From: Gonapodya sp. JEL0774
Taxonomy: Eukaryota
Assembly: GCA_027604505.1 (NCBI GenBank)
Contig: JADIIX010000054.1
Location: 1 to 64,000 of the forward strand
DNA: 64,000 bases
Direction of reading: 5' to 3'
The notes below the pieces were generated by a model, which saw only the letters and a list, made by a program, of their open reading frames with translations, made no database searches and was not told the DNA's origin. This document shows positions 49,001 through 61,064 of this stretch, piece by piece. The first letter of the stretch is position 1. Each line of letters starts with the position of its first letter. The position numbers and the translations under genes were made by a program.

Positions 49001-49974
49001 AAGACCTCGGAGTAGCATACCGGGCCAACAGGCAGGGCGGCAAAGCTGTCGCGCTGCTGGAGCACGTTGCTGCAATACGTGAGCGAGTAGTCGCAGAGGA
49101 CCAAGCTGACCGTCTTGCGTCGCAGCACGCCCTTGCTGTAGCGTATCACTTCGACAGGCGGGTGGGGAAGGCTGTGGCACTGCTGGAGCACATTGTCGCT
49201 GTCCGTGAGCGAGTACTCGCAGAGGACCACCCAGACCGACTCGCGTCGCAGCGCTCCCTCGCTGCAGCATACCAGGCCAACGGGCAGGCGGGAAAGGCTG
49301 TGGCGCTGCTGGAGCACGTTGCCCCAATTGTTGAGCGAGCACTCGTAGAGGACCACCCAGACCGACTCGAGTCACAACATGCCCTTGCTGTAGCGTACCG
49401 CGCCGACGGGCAGGTGGGCAAGGCTGTGGTGCTGCTGGAGCACGTTGTCACTGTTCGTGAGCGAGTACTCGCAGAGGAACACCCGGCCCGTCTGGCAACG
49501 CAGCACGCACTCGCTGTAGCGTACCAGGCCAACGGACAATTGGGTAAGGCTGTTCCGCTGCTGGAGCACGTCCTTGCCGTTGAATCTACAACATTGGCGG
49601 AGGACCACCCGGACCGTCTCGGGTCACAGCGCGTCCTCGCTAAAGCATACCTGTTGAACAGGCAGTGGGCAAAGCTGTTGCGCTGCTGGAGCTGGATGCC
49701 GTTGAATCTAAAACAATGGTGGAGGACCACCTGGCCAATCTGGCGTCGCAGCACATCCTCGCTGGGGCATACAGGTCCAGCGGGCGGGTGGGCAAGGCTT
49801 TGGCACTACTGTAGCACGTTGTCACGATTCATGAGTGAGTACTGGCAAGCGCCGGATGGAGATGACCGGGGCAACAGGCAGGTTGGTGTTAAAGTGTCGC
49901 TGCAGACAGGGAGTAGAAAGAGCAGAGGCGGTCTGTTGCAGAGAATGTGGAAGAAAGTCACAGGAAAGCAGTGA
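46015..49974 (+). CDS. Fungal NLR: short N-terminal peptide + NB-ARC (STAND) + TPR repeat array; 2 exons (46015-46145, 46230-49974)
   Basis: YIPFSRNKRFVGR, P-loop GLGGMGKTQVALEFAY, Walker B WLLIIDNVDD, FTTR, LAKLPLAIAQAAGY, YDIHRLVH, then 17 TPR units. The intron GTAAGC..CTGAT..CAG (46146-46229) links the ATG at 46015 in frame. Confidence 0.92.
47578..49847 (+). repeat. Tandem 126-bp (42-aa) TPR repeat array: 17 units in frame plus one decayed unit
   Basis: Consensus AEDHPxRLxSQxxLAxAYxANGQVGKAVALLEHVVAIxERxL; units 2 and 3 are nearly identical at DNA level. Confidence 0.97.
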
Positions 49975-52900
49975 TTTGTGTACATAGATTGGAGCAGGTG
50001 ATCTGATTGTGATTTTATTGTATTTATGTGTCCCTTCTATGGTTGCTCAAATGACTTACAATTGCGCTGTTATGTGAATGGAGCTTCAAACCGTGGAAAT
50101 GGGCATTTCCAATTACAGTAAATTCAATTGATTCTCTTATGTTCGGGGTCTGCGGAGTTTGTGTTCGAGCTTCATTTGAATGGTGAGGGTCAGGATGATA
50201 CGACGTTCTCTTGTCCAACCGGTACCGGCTCATGCCCACATCGACACGCTCGACTCAATCGACTCGTTGGATCTGCTAAACCATCGTGACATGAACATGA
50301 AATCTCATACTGTCCTGATCCACCGTCGATGACACCCGTGGCAAGCCTGCTGGTGAAATCCATCCTGACAGACACATCGTCCAGTTTCAAACTCCCCAAA
50401 ATTCGAGCTAATCCCTGTAAATCAAGTTACACACTATTGCAGAGCTCTTGAATCCTCTCTAAGCGGACGTGTTTCTCTTCTCCTGCAATCTTGTTGTCCC
50501 ACATCACAATGCATCATTCGTTTCATTCGGATCACCCACACCCCCATGAATTCCCCCACCCGTACTATCTGGACGTTCAGTATCTCTGATATCAGACATT
50601 CCGCGGATCGTAACTGTAATTGGACTTCGGGAGTGATGGTGTTGAGCGAACCATGACCGCCGGCCGGTGATTTTCCCTCTTTAATGGGTCTGTCTTCGAA
50701 TCCGCCCTCGGAATGCATCTGCACTGCACCCAGGAACGGTGGATGTTCCCAGCTCTTTTGTTGGAGGGACTTCCGAATGAAAGATTGTCGCCAGAGCGAC
50801 CGCCCAGTGGACGTCTCTATAATGAAGCACAGGTCGACTGCGACATGTACAGTACGAGCACTCCCTAAAATCCAGGAGCTCGCATGTGAATCGCACTTCG
50901 TCTTACCCACGGGTTGAGTCAGCGTCAATCTTGATCGTAATTTAACTACGCGGCGGGCATTTTAGATGGAGCGCACCATTTCGAATAAAATTATTGGATC
51001 TATGCTATCCATCTCTTCCGCCCCAGCTTTATATTTTACTTGAGACTAAGAGTACCAATATGAGGGCTCAAGGTGCTACCACTAATCCATTGTGATCACG
51101 TCCAACTTGAAGGCGAGTCAGCACCTTCCGGTTCAGACCCGCCGGGCGATGCATCATTCTCTTCCATTAACTCGCCATCGGTCACTCCCGAGCAAGCTAT
51201 CTTCAGAAACTGAGCTTCAGATCGGCGAAGTGTCGTAGCAAGACGACGGTACCCAAACCCTGAGATTGCTGCGAAGTGCGAAGTGATCGTCTAACCTGCG
51301 ACAAGAGAGTAGCTACAGATTCGAGAAGGACTACCGACATCACATCAATCGAGACAAGTAGCACACTTCGGTCATGACGAGCTTGTCGAGGTTCTCTCTG
51401 TGTGTCAGTGGCAACCTCGGTCAAGGTTCGTCAAACCAAAGTAAAGAATAAACACATAGCGAGATATTAAAGTCGCAGAGTTAAGCAGATATCGTTTGAA
51501 ACACAGTGATGGAGGCAAAGACTGAGTAACCGGTCATGCTAGAGTGTCACAGCATCCACAATATCAAGTCCATGCGTATCGAGTCAAGATTCCTTGCAAA
51601 GCGTCCGACACTCTCGTCCGCCGTAGTGTGTGTTGTTCCAGTGGGCAGATCCATAAGATCGTGCGGGACCGGTCTGAGACTGTTCGCCGTGCGTCGATTA
51701 TGTCCACAAACTCGCGGGATGCACGACCACATCACGGTGGCGGAGTGGATAACGCACTTCCTCCTTATGCCCCTACTCGATCTGTTCTGTTCACCCGATC
51801 ATCCGATGCACGTGGCATTGTAAGTTCGAAATACGCCCCCTCTTTGACCCTGGTACGGTCCTCCTGTATCCCACTTTCTCGCTTTGCGGACCCGGTTAGT
51901 TGGGAATGGATTCACAACCCTGAACATCCGCCGGCCCCACGAGCAGACGCAAGAGCGCCCACTACTTAGTAGCATTATCAAAAGAGACCAGTTCTCAAAC
52001 TTTCAGACCATCAAGGGTATTGCAGTCGCGAGAAACACTGTATCGGAGCATTCTCTTCTTCCGGCGCCAAGATCGAACATTGTGCATTAAGCAGTGGACT
52101 TGTATACCATGAAGTGTTGTTCTCAGAGAGAAAGTGCCTGGTGTGCCTCCCAGAGTGGGAGTGCCTGGTGGGGTGGAGGAGACATCCGCGACGCGCTGAC
52201 CCTGCCGTGGTGAGGATCCCGTGCTAAGGATCATCCTCCTGAGATTCCGTGACAGAAGCATGGAGTAGTCAAGATTTCAGAGCTGGAGGAGAAGCGAGAG
52301 CACCTCCTCTCTTCAAACTGTGGCAAGTTTCCGTCTTCTGTCCCAATGACTTCCTCCTTTAGCAATCCTGTTCCTTCGTTCCCACAGTATCTAGAAAGCT
52401 CACTCTATGGAGATTGGAGTTTCCCGTGGGGGAAGCTTTAGTGTCTCTGGAACCAGTTACCAAAGCGATGATGACAGCCACTCTTCTCACGGAGCCTTCA
52501 CCACCGACGGCACCACGACGGGAGTAGATGCGCACTGTCAGGATAGCGCCACAGAGACGGAGACAAATCCTGGCTTTTGGATGGCAACGAACTGGTGCTT
52601 AAAAGGAAGCTAGAACTCCAAGAACAACTTAACCACTAACTAACTTTCACTGTCATGAACCTGAACTGATCTCAATATCTAACAGTTTTTCACGATTTAA
52701 ATGATGCAGATAAAGTTTGTACAAAGAAAACGTGACATAACAGATTGGGATTTATGACGGTAAAATGTCTCTTTTGTCAGTCGATCCCCTGATGCCCGGT
52801 CTACCACGGTAGTCAAATTTCGGATACTTCGAGATAAGCACCGAGATAAGCTCAGCAGACTGCGACCACTCTCGCGCCATTACGCTTTTCTGAGGCTTGA

Positions 52901-53046
52901 TCCCATGTTTCTTCCTCTTCGGCACATCGAGCTCGAAGCATGTTCTTCCCACCTGTTTCCCACAGAGATTTGAACCCCAAACACCGAGTCCACCTCTTCT
53001 TCCAGCTCCTCTTAGCTCTCTTCACCATACCCCAAATATTCTTCCC

Positions 53047-54055
53047 TCACAGTTCTTGCTCCTCATTAACAGCCTCATCTACCACATAGGTGTATCGGTC
53101 CTGCCGCACATCAGGTGATTCGACTTGGTACTAGTGGGTGAGGAAATGGTGTTGTAAGGCGGGCATATGTGGCAAAAGCGACGAGACAGAATCAGTTCAT
53201 AAGTTAGAATCACAATCGCGATGAAGTCTCGGAAACTCACGGCCACAACGAGCTGGCATCGTGTGCAGTGAAAGCGATACTGAGGTTCGAGACCAGCAGG
53301 CCTATAAGGTGTGGTGAAAGCATAAGTAGTTGGTGTTGGTTGTCGTAGGAAAGGTGATGAGACAAGAGGCAGGGGACAACGTGTGGTTTTGTGTGAGAAA
53401 TCGCGTTCACAGTAGCAGTAAGGATACTGCATGGTCCAATCTCCACAGCGTCTAAGTTTTCTCGCGCGAATCCCTTTGATTCCGAGTTATCCTTCCGCTT
53501 GAATGTAGGTTGGTGCGAAATGCTTCTTCGGTGTACTCCGCGGATGAGGTGAGCACGGAGGAATTCACGCTTGTTCAAAGCTTTCCAATGACATGTTCTT
53601 GCAATCCTCGATTAGAATTTCTAGCAGGCCAACGGTGCCCTGATCTCCTTATGATCGCCAGCTTTGTCTGGACTGGAGTTCTAATTGGGACCAGAGTCTC
53701 CTCACCCTCAGAAACGTGATACTGACAGACTCTTGCTTCAGTACTGGAGCTTCCTCGGCTCGTGATTGAGGTTTGGCTTCGCTCACAAGCTCGGTCTGCT
53801 AATGCTGTAGAGAACTTACCTCTTCACATATATCACTTTGTCCCCCCCTCCGACGTTCAATTTGTACTTTCTCTTGGCATTCACCAATATTCGTGCGCCA
53901 TCCGTTTTCCTCTTGGGCAGATTCTCCAATCTGGAGTCCAATATGAGGATGTACTCCCCACATGCGCAGTAATACGTCGTGAGCCGTCGGGCATTTCTTC
54001 GGTCTTCTTGGCCTCCTGACTGGACGATGACTGAGTTTGAGACAATTTTCGGCAT
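53047..54055 (-). CDS. STEEP1: STEEP1/CXorf56 (UPF0428) homolog, 3 exons
   Basis: MPKIVSNSVIV...LTTYYCACGEYILILDSRLENLPKRKTDGARIL...YVKR|PAGLEPQYRFHCTRCQLVVA|YQVESPD...YTYVVDEAV. Matches the CXorf56 pattern (YYCxCG, LExLPxRxxD, ExQYRxxCxxCxL). Confidence 0.85.
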
Positions 54056-54195
54056 GAAGGATGTTGGTGGTTTCAAGCGCGAATTCTTGTGGACAGGAAG
54101 TTCACTTTTGACTGAGGCTCCGCATATGAGACATGCATCAACCAGCTCCTTATCACCAATTCACCAATATCTAAACCAACAAGACAGAACCCGCC

Positions 54196-57100
54196 ATGGG
54201 AGACAGCCGCGTAGAATCGGCAGAGCCCGCGCACAGGGTGCTCGAGCGACAGATTGCAAAGAGACTTTGCTCTTGGTTCTCGTCGGACGGTGGTTTCGAA
54301 CTTAACTCTTGGCTATCCTCGAAAATAGAGCAGAATGAAGATGGCTGTGCGTTATCGTCGTGAATTTTCTTCATTTTTGGCGCTCGCTCCTGTCTATTGA
54401 ACGTGAATTGGGCTGTAAACGAATCGCAATGTTCACACATCAGGGATCCCCATCGCCGACTTCACCTCATCTCATGCTCGTCTCCAATCACTGACTAATG
54501 ACGAAGCAGTTGTCGCGAAGGCCGTACGCGCATTCGCGAAGGATTTGGAGGTTGGTAGTCTCTCAAGCAGCGTTGCTCCTGGATGATTTGAACGAGCTAG
54601 CGACGCGTTCCCTTTATTTGAGTGAAGAAGCGATTTAATAAAATATAATTTTTGCCGACTATAGGTCAGCCAGGACGGAAATTCTATCCGTTCGAAACAC
54701 TCGCTTGTTCAGTCAGCTGGGGAAGAAGAGGAAAGGACTATCTATGTGGTAAGTGGCCTTAGAGAGAGGGAGGCGTGAAGTTGAAAAGCAAAAGTTGGGG
54801 AAAAGCTGCGAGAGTGAATTCAGTCACTGCAGGCGCAGGCGTGGCCGAGGGGGTGGTCCGAAATCGCATTGATGGAAGGATGGACAGCTCAGTATGAAAT
54901 CACACTGGCTCCTATATTGCTTAGTATTATCACGCTAACCCGCTTCCGTTGGACCTTTTGCTCAGGAACGCCTCCCGCCCTCGCTTTCTAACCCCACCTC
55001 TCTCTCCGCCTTTTTTTCCCACGTTGGCGCCGTATCCCGAACAGTCCTTCCTCACCCCATCCCCACCCGTCGAGCTGCTCCAAGACCTCCCCCCAAAAAC
55101 CCTGCTTCCACACCACCACCGCCAAAGTACCCGGACCCAATTGCGTTTGGGTATCCCGCGGACCAACAATTCGCCCCATTCCCTGGGTACGCATTTGTTG
55201 TTTTCGAGAATCCTGAAGATGCGAAGCGTTGTGTGGATTTGGTGGGAGGAGGATGGAGAGATTTGAGCGAGAGGGTTGTTGAGGTGGTGCGGGACGGAGT
55301 TGGAAAGAAAGGGGAGGGGAAGAAAGGGGACGCGGAAGTCGATGGAGAGGGAGGTGAGGCAGTTGACGGTGATGACGATGTGGATATGGCGGGGGAAGGA
55401 GAGGCTACCGACAAGGGTAAGAGCACGGTGAATGGACGTCCTACCGTGAGCGCCACCGATGAGGTCATGAAAGACGTGGAAGCGGATGGGAGTGGTGCGC
55501 ACGCGAATGACGAAGAGATGGAAGCTGCGAGAAAAGAAGCGGCGTGGCGGAAGAGAGTGGAGACTATGAGGCCCAAGGTTATGATGAAGTGAGTCTTTGA
55601 AAAGAGTATTAGGAGGGACTTTACATATCCGCTAGCCGTCTGATTTGATGACCTCGTTTTGCTTAAACTCACAGGTCACTATGGCGCACCCTCACCGCCC
55701 AATATCGCTCCCACCAATCGCGGCAATTTGCCCTGGTTGCCAACCCACCTCACCACTCTATCGCTTCCACCACCCTGCCCGAGCTTACTGATCTCCATGC
55801 GCTCCACTTTTGGATAACCGTATCGGGTACGGAATTTGCCCAACATGTCACAACGAGGGTGTTGCGTACCTTTTTTGGCCTGGTCGGTGAGGTGGCTTTC
55901 GTGCAAGTCGAAGAAGATGGGTCTGGTGGTACGGTGGAAGGCTACGTGAGATTCAAAAACCGCCGAGACGTGGAGCGTGCGCTTGGCTTTTTCGCGGCCA
56001 CCCGGGGTGTTGGGGGAGGGGGCGCCGGGGAGCGAGACGGAGAGGGCGAGAACAAGCTGGCTGTACCGAGCGAGGCGCAGATGATCGCGAGGTTGTGGAG
56101 GTTGACAAGGGTGAGGAGGTTGAGGGACGATGAGGAGAGGGGGATCCACGAGGAATTGGAACACAGACGAAAGGCGGCGTTGGCGCGAGAAGAGGAGGCA
56201 GAGGGTAGGGACGGATTAGAAACGGTGGAAGAGGCGGAAGCAGACACTACAGCCAAGGAAGTTCTGGAGGGGAAGAGTGAAGACAGAGCGACCTCTGGTA
56301 CAGCTTCGGAATCGGCTTTGGAGTCTGTTTCGGCGTCGGCTGCTCCAACTCCAGCTCCGAGACCCAAGCGGATTCCTGTTCGGGACCGGCCAAAAGGTGC
56401 TCACATGCGGTTCGATGGAAGTGATGAGGAGGAGGAAGAAGAAGAGGACGGGCGTGTGGAGGACGGTACTGGGGTGGTCGGGGAGGAGAAGAAGGAAGAG
56501 GAAGATGTCGAGAACAAGAAAGGGAGGAAAGAGACCGCCAAGGACCGCCGCGCAATAAGGAGGAAAGAGCAACGTAAAGGTGACAAAGAGGACAATGGTG
56601 TGGGTGACGAGAACGAGGCACGGGATCGAAGCCCAAGCAGCTTGGAGAATGGGGACGGGACTCCAGGAGATGATGCGGATGGGGAGGGTGGAGTGGAGAG
56701 AAAGAGAGACTTGAAGGGCAAAGCGACTGTGAATGACATTGAACGGGATGGAAACGAGGACGCTACCGACACTGACAAGGGTGACGAAGAGAAGGAAGAA
56801 TTCAAGACGCGCTCATCGAGTCGAGGGAAGCCTGCAAATACGAGTGCTGCCAACTCTGGGTCGTTGAAGAAGCCCGTCGCGTCGGTTCGCAGGAAGAAAA
56901 CCGCACCTACACGTGCACCCGTGTCCGCGTCGAAATCAAACCCCGTTCCTCGGCGCATGCGGCCCGAGATTGTAGTGGAAATAGACGTGAGACCCCGTGC
57001 TGGTGTGGTCAAGCGGAAAGCAGTGGTGGCGAAAGGAGACGGAGAGACGACGGATCAGACAGACGTGCGTGGAAAAGGTGGCAGGACGAGCTCAAGGAAA

Positions 57101-57265
57101 AGGTTCGTGGGAAACACAGGCGTGGGGGAGAGGGCGAGTGAAGTCTCCGAGGGTCGCCGTGCCGGGTCGCGGTCGAGTGGGAAGAGGAAAGTTGCAGTAG
57201 ACGAGGAACCTGACGGTGGGGAGGCGACGGGGAAGGAAGGTGCGAAGAGAGTGAGGAGGAGATGA
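54196..57265 (+). CDS. La-related RNA-binding protein (La motif + RRM + xRRM-like; LARP7-like), multi-exon
   Basis: Spliced QIAKRLCSWFS...WLSSKIEQNEDG|WIPIADF...RLQSLTND...VAKAVR (La motif); ERTIYV|ERLP...GYAFVVFE (RRM1); FFGLVGEVAFV...EGYVRFK...RLRDDEERGIHEEL (xRRM-like); long charged tail. Confidence 0.75.
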
Positions 57266-58884
57266 ACAGGGGTTTGAAAGAAAATATCGGTGCGGTCGCT
57301 GTCGCACCTGTGGTGGTGACAGATGCTCAAATTTGCATTCCATGTGATTCGTGTATAAAATGGTAGCAATGTGCGAACTCTGTCGAGAGGCGATGCGGCA
57401 GCGGCTGGCGTGAAGGTCGCTGTCGATGCAAAGGAGAACTGTGCTCACTTCCGTTGTTCCTGCAACTGAACCAGGTCAAATCACTCATTTATGTCGCGAC
57501 GATGCAAACCAATGTGCTTCTCTGTTTTCAGGTGAAGTTATATTTTCGTAGTACATAGACGGTGTGTAACATGGGAGTTCCTTTTATGCAAATAAATCGC
57601 GTGGGAATGATCAGCTCATGGTGCTTCATGTGACGGACACCGCATAGTAAGAACGGATCAAAAAAAAGTAGCCACTCACACGTGCCTACTTAGCTGAGGA
57701 CATATTAAGCTTTTAATGTCTAAAACGATGGCCCTCTGCGACCGCGTGACCCCGTCCCCAACATATGAGAAGAGACTCACAAATCTTTCATGAGATGTCA
57801 AATAGATACCACTCAAACAGTTGGAAGCCTTTCTACGTCTATGTAGAAGCGTTTTGTTCGGCTGGGAGCACGATGAGACTTATATGGGTTCGAACACGGG
57901 CAGTACGTTAAGGGAGATGTCACATAAAATCATTCAAATTATTAAGTGGAAACCTTTCAGTATCAGTTGCATTTGCTATAGAAATATCAGTGCAGATGAG
58001 AGGATCAGTTGACGTATTAGAATGGCGGTTGGAACGGCGCAATGACCACGAGCATCAATAGTCATTGCTGGTTCATATGCATACTTGAAATTGGCCTTGG
58101 TACACGTCTTGTTCGGTGGCGAATCATGTCACATCTACCACTACCGTTTTGCATTCAGCATTGTTCTTGTCAAACGTTGCCTTGGCAGAACAGCCAACAC
58201 TATGAGACGAACGTCAAGCTCAACTTCTCACACAACAGTAAGTAATACCAGCTGCAAGCCTGGACTTGAATCTGAAAAGCGGATGGTCTTTCCGAGTTTT
58301 GGATCCCAGCAGCCACGTGCTGAAAAGCCGTTTTCTGGGTGACCCAGAACCTGTTCCAGGCCCTTTCATGACGGAGTGCAGGGTAATTATGGTATTACCT
58401 GGAATACATTGGCCTGGACTCTTCTCAAAACATCACAAATTTTTCTTCCTCTCATCTCAGATTCTTTTTCTCCAGTGCTGTTTATGATGATGTCACCATT
58501 TGTTCGTGTGCGGAGATCAACGGAACGTACTTTGAGCCCGCTCAGGAACAATATATATTTGGTCTTTGCCTCCCAGTCGAGTGGGCGAGTGCAAGCGTTC
58601 TCATTTTTTTATTATGTTCAAGTCTTTATTGCGATGAATCATGGCCGACCAAATAATTGAAATACGGGACTTGATCAGAGTGGATTGCATTACCTCTGTC
58701 AGTTCAAGCATTGATGCACCACATGTTCCGTCTTCAATTTACTTGCTGACGAATGTTTGAACTGACGTTGCTCCATCAATTTCAACGAGATTTTATTATG
58801 ATCCCATTTTGCTTATCCTCTTCGCCTTCCTTGGCAGCAGGGTGGCGTCCGGAAGGAGCGGTGGTGGCCTGAGAAATTGGCCCC

Positions 58885-58893
58885 TATTATAAG
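58885..58893 (+). promoter_or_regulatory. TATA-like element (tattataag) upstream of the gene starting at 58957
   Basis: Lies ~70 nt upstream of an ATG in a strong A-rich context (ctacaaATG). Confidence 0.35.
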
Positions 58894-58956
58894 AAGAGGA
58901 CGCTTCGAACTTCCGACCCATCTATAATAACAGTCGAAACCCAAATAAAACTACAA

Positions 58957-60283
58957 ATGCCTACCGTCAAGCCACCCGTTGAGAAGATTCCCCTTGCTGC
59001 TCGCAAGAACTGTGAGTCGCGTGCCGTGTTCCTGAGCCGACGCTGATACACTCATTTCCCCGCTTCTCTCATCTTCCGCTCCCACTCTTTGCCCAGTGAG
59101 GGACAGCTTCGAATCCAAGAAGGCCGATTTTGAGGCCAAGCTCTCTGGTCTGCTCGGCACTGCGTGGACTGTCGACGTGAATGCAAACGCTATTTTGCCG
59201 TATGCGGATGAAGGCGAGTGGAACTCTGTTGGAGACTCAATCGCAAGGTGCGTTGGTGCCCAGAAAATGCCAGCGAGGGAGCCACAGATTATCTGGAACT
59301 CCAATTTGAATTCGTGGTGGGGAATCCTTGTGTTTCCTCCTGGTGAGAAGACCTTTGTTCAGCACTTGGTGCCGTGGCCACAAACAGCGCTTGGCTTGCA
59401 AACTTCAGAACAGGCCGGAACACCATCCAATGTTTTCGGTTAATTGCAATCGTTCCCTATTATTCCTTGCCCTGAAGTTTTCGGGCGGATCACAGTTCTG
59501 TTGAGCGAACCACTCCACTCATCTTACCCTTCAATTTGTTCTTTGTTTCCCAGGTACATTGAAGATGCTATCGACAAGCTCAAGTACTTTTTGGGCAAAC
59601 CCCAAGGAGAACTCCTCAAATCCGAGCTCAATACCGTCTGCGACAAGCACGTTCTCAGCCTCGCCTTCGACGAAGAAGGCAAGGTCCCATACTACAACGC
59701 CACCGAGATCAAGGACGGTGTCACTCGCATTCTTTTCAAGGAAGGCAAATTCAACACCAACACTCAGCAGTCGTTTGACGATCTTGCCAAGGCCGTCAAT
59801 GTTGCCCCCACTCCCGCAGGAGTGACCAAGCCGGCCACCAGTTTCGCCACCCGCGTGGGCATCGAGCTCGAGTGGACCCCCAAGGAGGCCGAAATTGTGG
59901 CCAAGTTGCGCGAGCTGACGGGCATGTCCGAGTTCAAGGTCGAGCCCAACTGGGAGGAGACCTACGCCAAAATGGCCGCTTCCAAAACCAAGCCTGGCGA
60001 CCGCGACGACTGGGAGGGAGATTTGGGAAGCATCACCCGGTCCTACTTTGAAGGCCTCATCTCGAACATGTCCTACAAGGGGTTCAAGACCGACGATCTC
60101 CTCCGCGAGGGTTTCGCCGAGGGCGTGGACAAGGGTGTGGCCAAGTTTAGGATCGTGGACAAGATTTCCAGCGGGTACAACGAGGTAGTGCTGGATGGAG
60201 GCGTCTTGTATCTCCAGACAACGTTGGAGAAGTGGAGCACCAACACCCACTACATGGGAGAGAAGATTGTGGATCTCTTCTGA
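58957..60283 (+). CDS. Conserved hypothetical protein made of two internal repeats, 3 exons
   Basis: MPTVKPPVEKIPLAARKN|LRDSFESKKADFEAKLSGLLGTAWTVDVNANAILPYA...SVGDSIAR|YIEDAI...; second half SFATRVGIELEWTPKEAEIVAKLRELTG...GDLGSITRSYFEG. Strong C/G-ending codon bias. Confidence 0.85.
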
Positions 60284-61064
60284 AGTGCCGCCAGCTATGA
60301 ATACCCACGCGTAATTCACACTGAGTTATCAGTGTTGTCGTAAAACACGGAAAAGCATGCTGGTAATGGTACTGTAATAATAAAAAGAACCTCTCTTTCC
60401 GAAATGTCGTGTGCTGGATCGTCGATTGGCCTGCGAGTGATAGCTATCCAGAAGTAACAACGCAGGCCAGTTCCAACCTCCAACAGTCTCGATTTCCCGC
60501 GTTGCTCAATATATTGACTCTGATATGGCGGCCGTCTAGGAAACCGGCGCTTGAGAATCAGTCCAGTCCAGGCACGATTTGGACGTTGTTGATTGGGGCA
60601 GTGGAAAGGGATAGCAGGCATCTCTCGGGATATGTAATAAATGGACGGTACAAGACGAGAAGACTCCTCGTGGTGACGGATCAAAATTGGTGAATGAATA
60701 GTACGCGAAACTGACGGGCCTGTGCTGCCTGCCCCGCAACTCATTCTAACCCGCACCAAATGAACACCGCAATCGCAGGATCAACGGAGTCGGATGCAAG
60801 CTCGTTAGCTGCTGATGCCGCGTTTGAGGCCGCGCGCATTCTCCAGGTAGGCGATTAGTGCTTCCGTTGGTTCTTGGTGTCGCGGCGTTTCGTCCCACTG
60901 CACACCGGGCGTAACCAGTTGTCGATGGAAATCTGCGACATTTTTCGACGAGCATTCATTCAAATGGTTGATACCGTGTCTATTTTCTCTGGATTCCTCT
61001 CGACGTGTCTGCTTTCGATGGGAATCGCGGGACGGCGTCCCCGTCATGCGAATCGGGGCACTCC

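Noticed and set aside
47342..49825. Long repetitive ORFs on the minus strand and in alternative frames over the TPR array
   Set aside because: Shadows of the GC-rich 126-bp coding repeat; no independent evidence.
47578..49847. Regular repeat array as a CRISPR or satellite
   Set aside because: Units are contiguous, in-frame protein-coding TPRs with no unique spacers, in a eukaryotic context.
50000..53000. Cognate HeLo/HeLL amyloid effector or other gene downstream of the NLR
   Set aside because: Only short ORFs. I found no double amyloid motif, HeLo-like helix or consistent splice model; the 51544-52260 stretch has in-frame stops.
57800..58700. Hydrophobic short ORFs as a membrane protein gene
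   Set aside because: Fragmentary, with frames that do not join convincingly; at most a relic.
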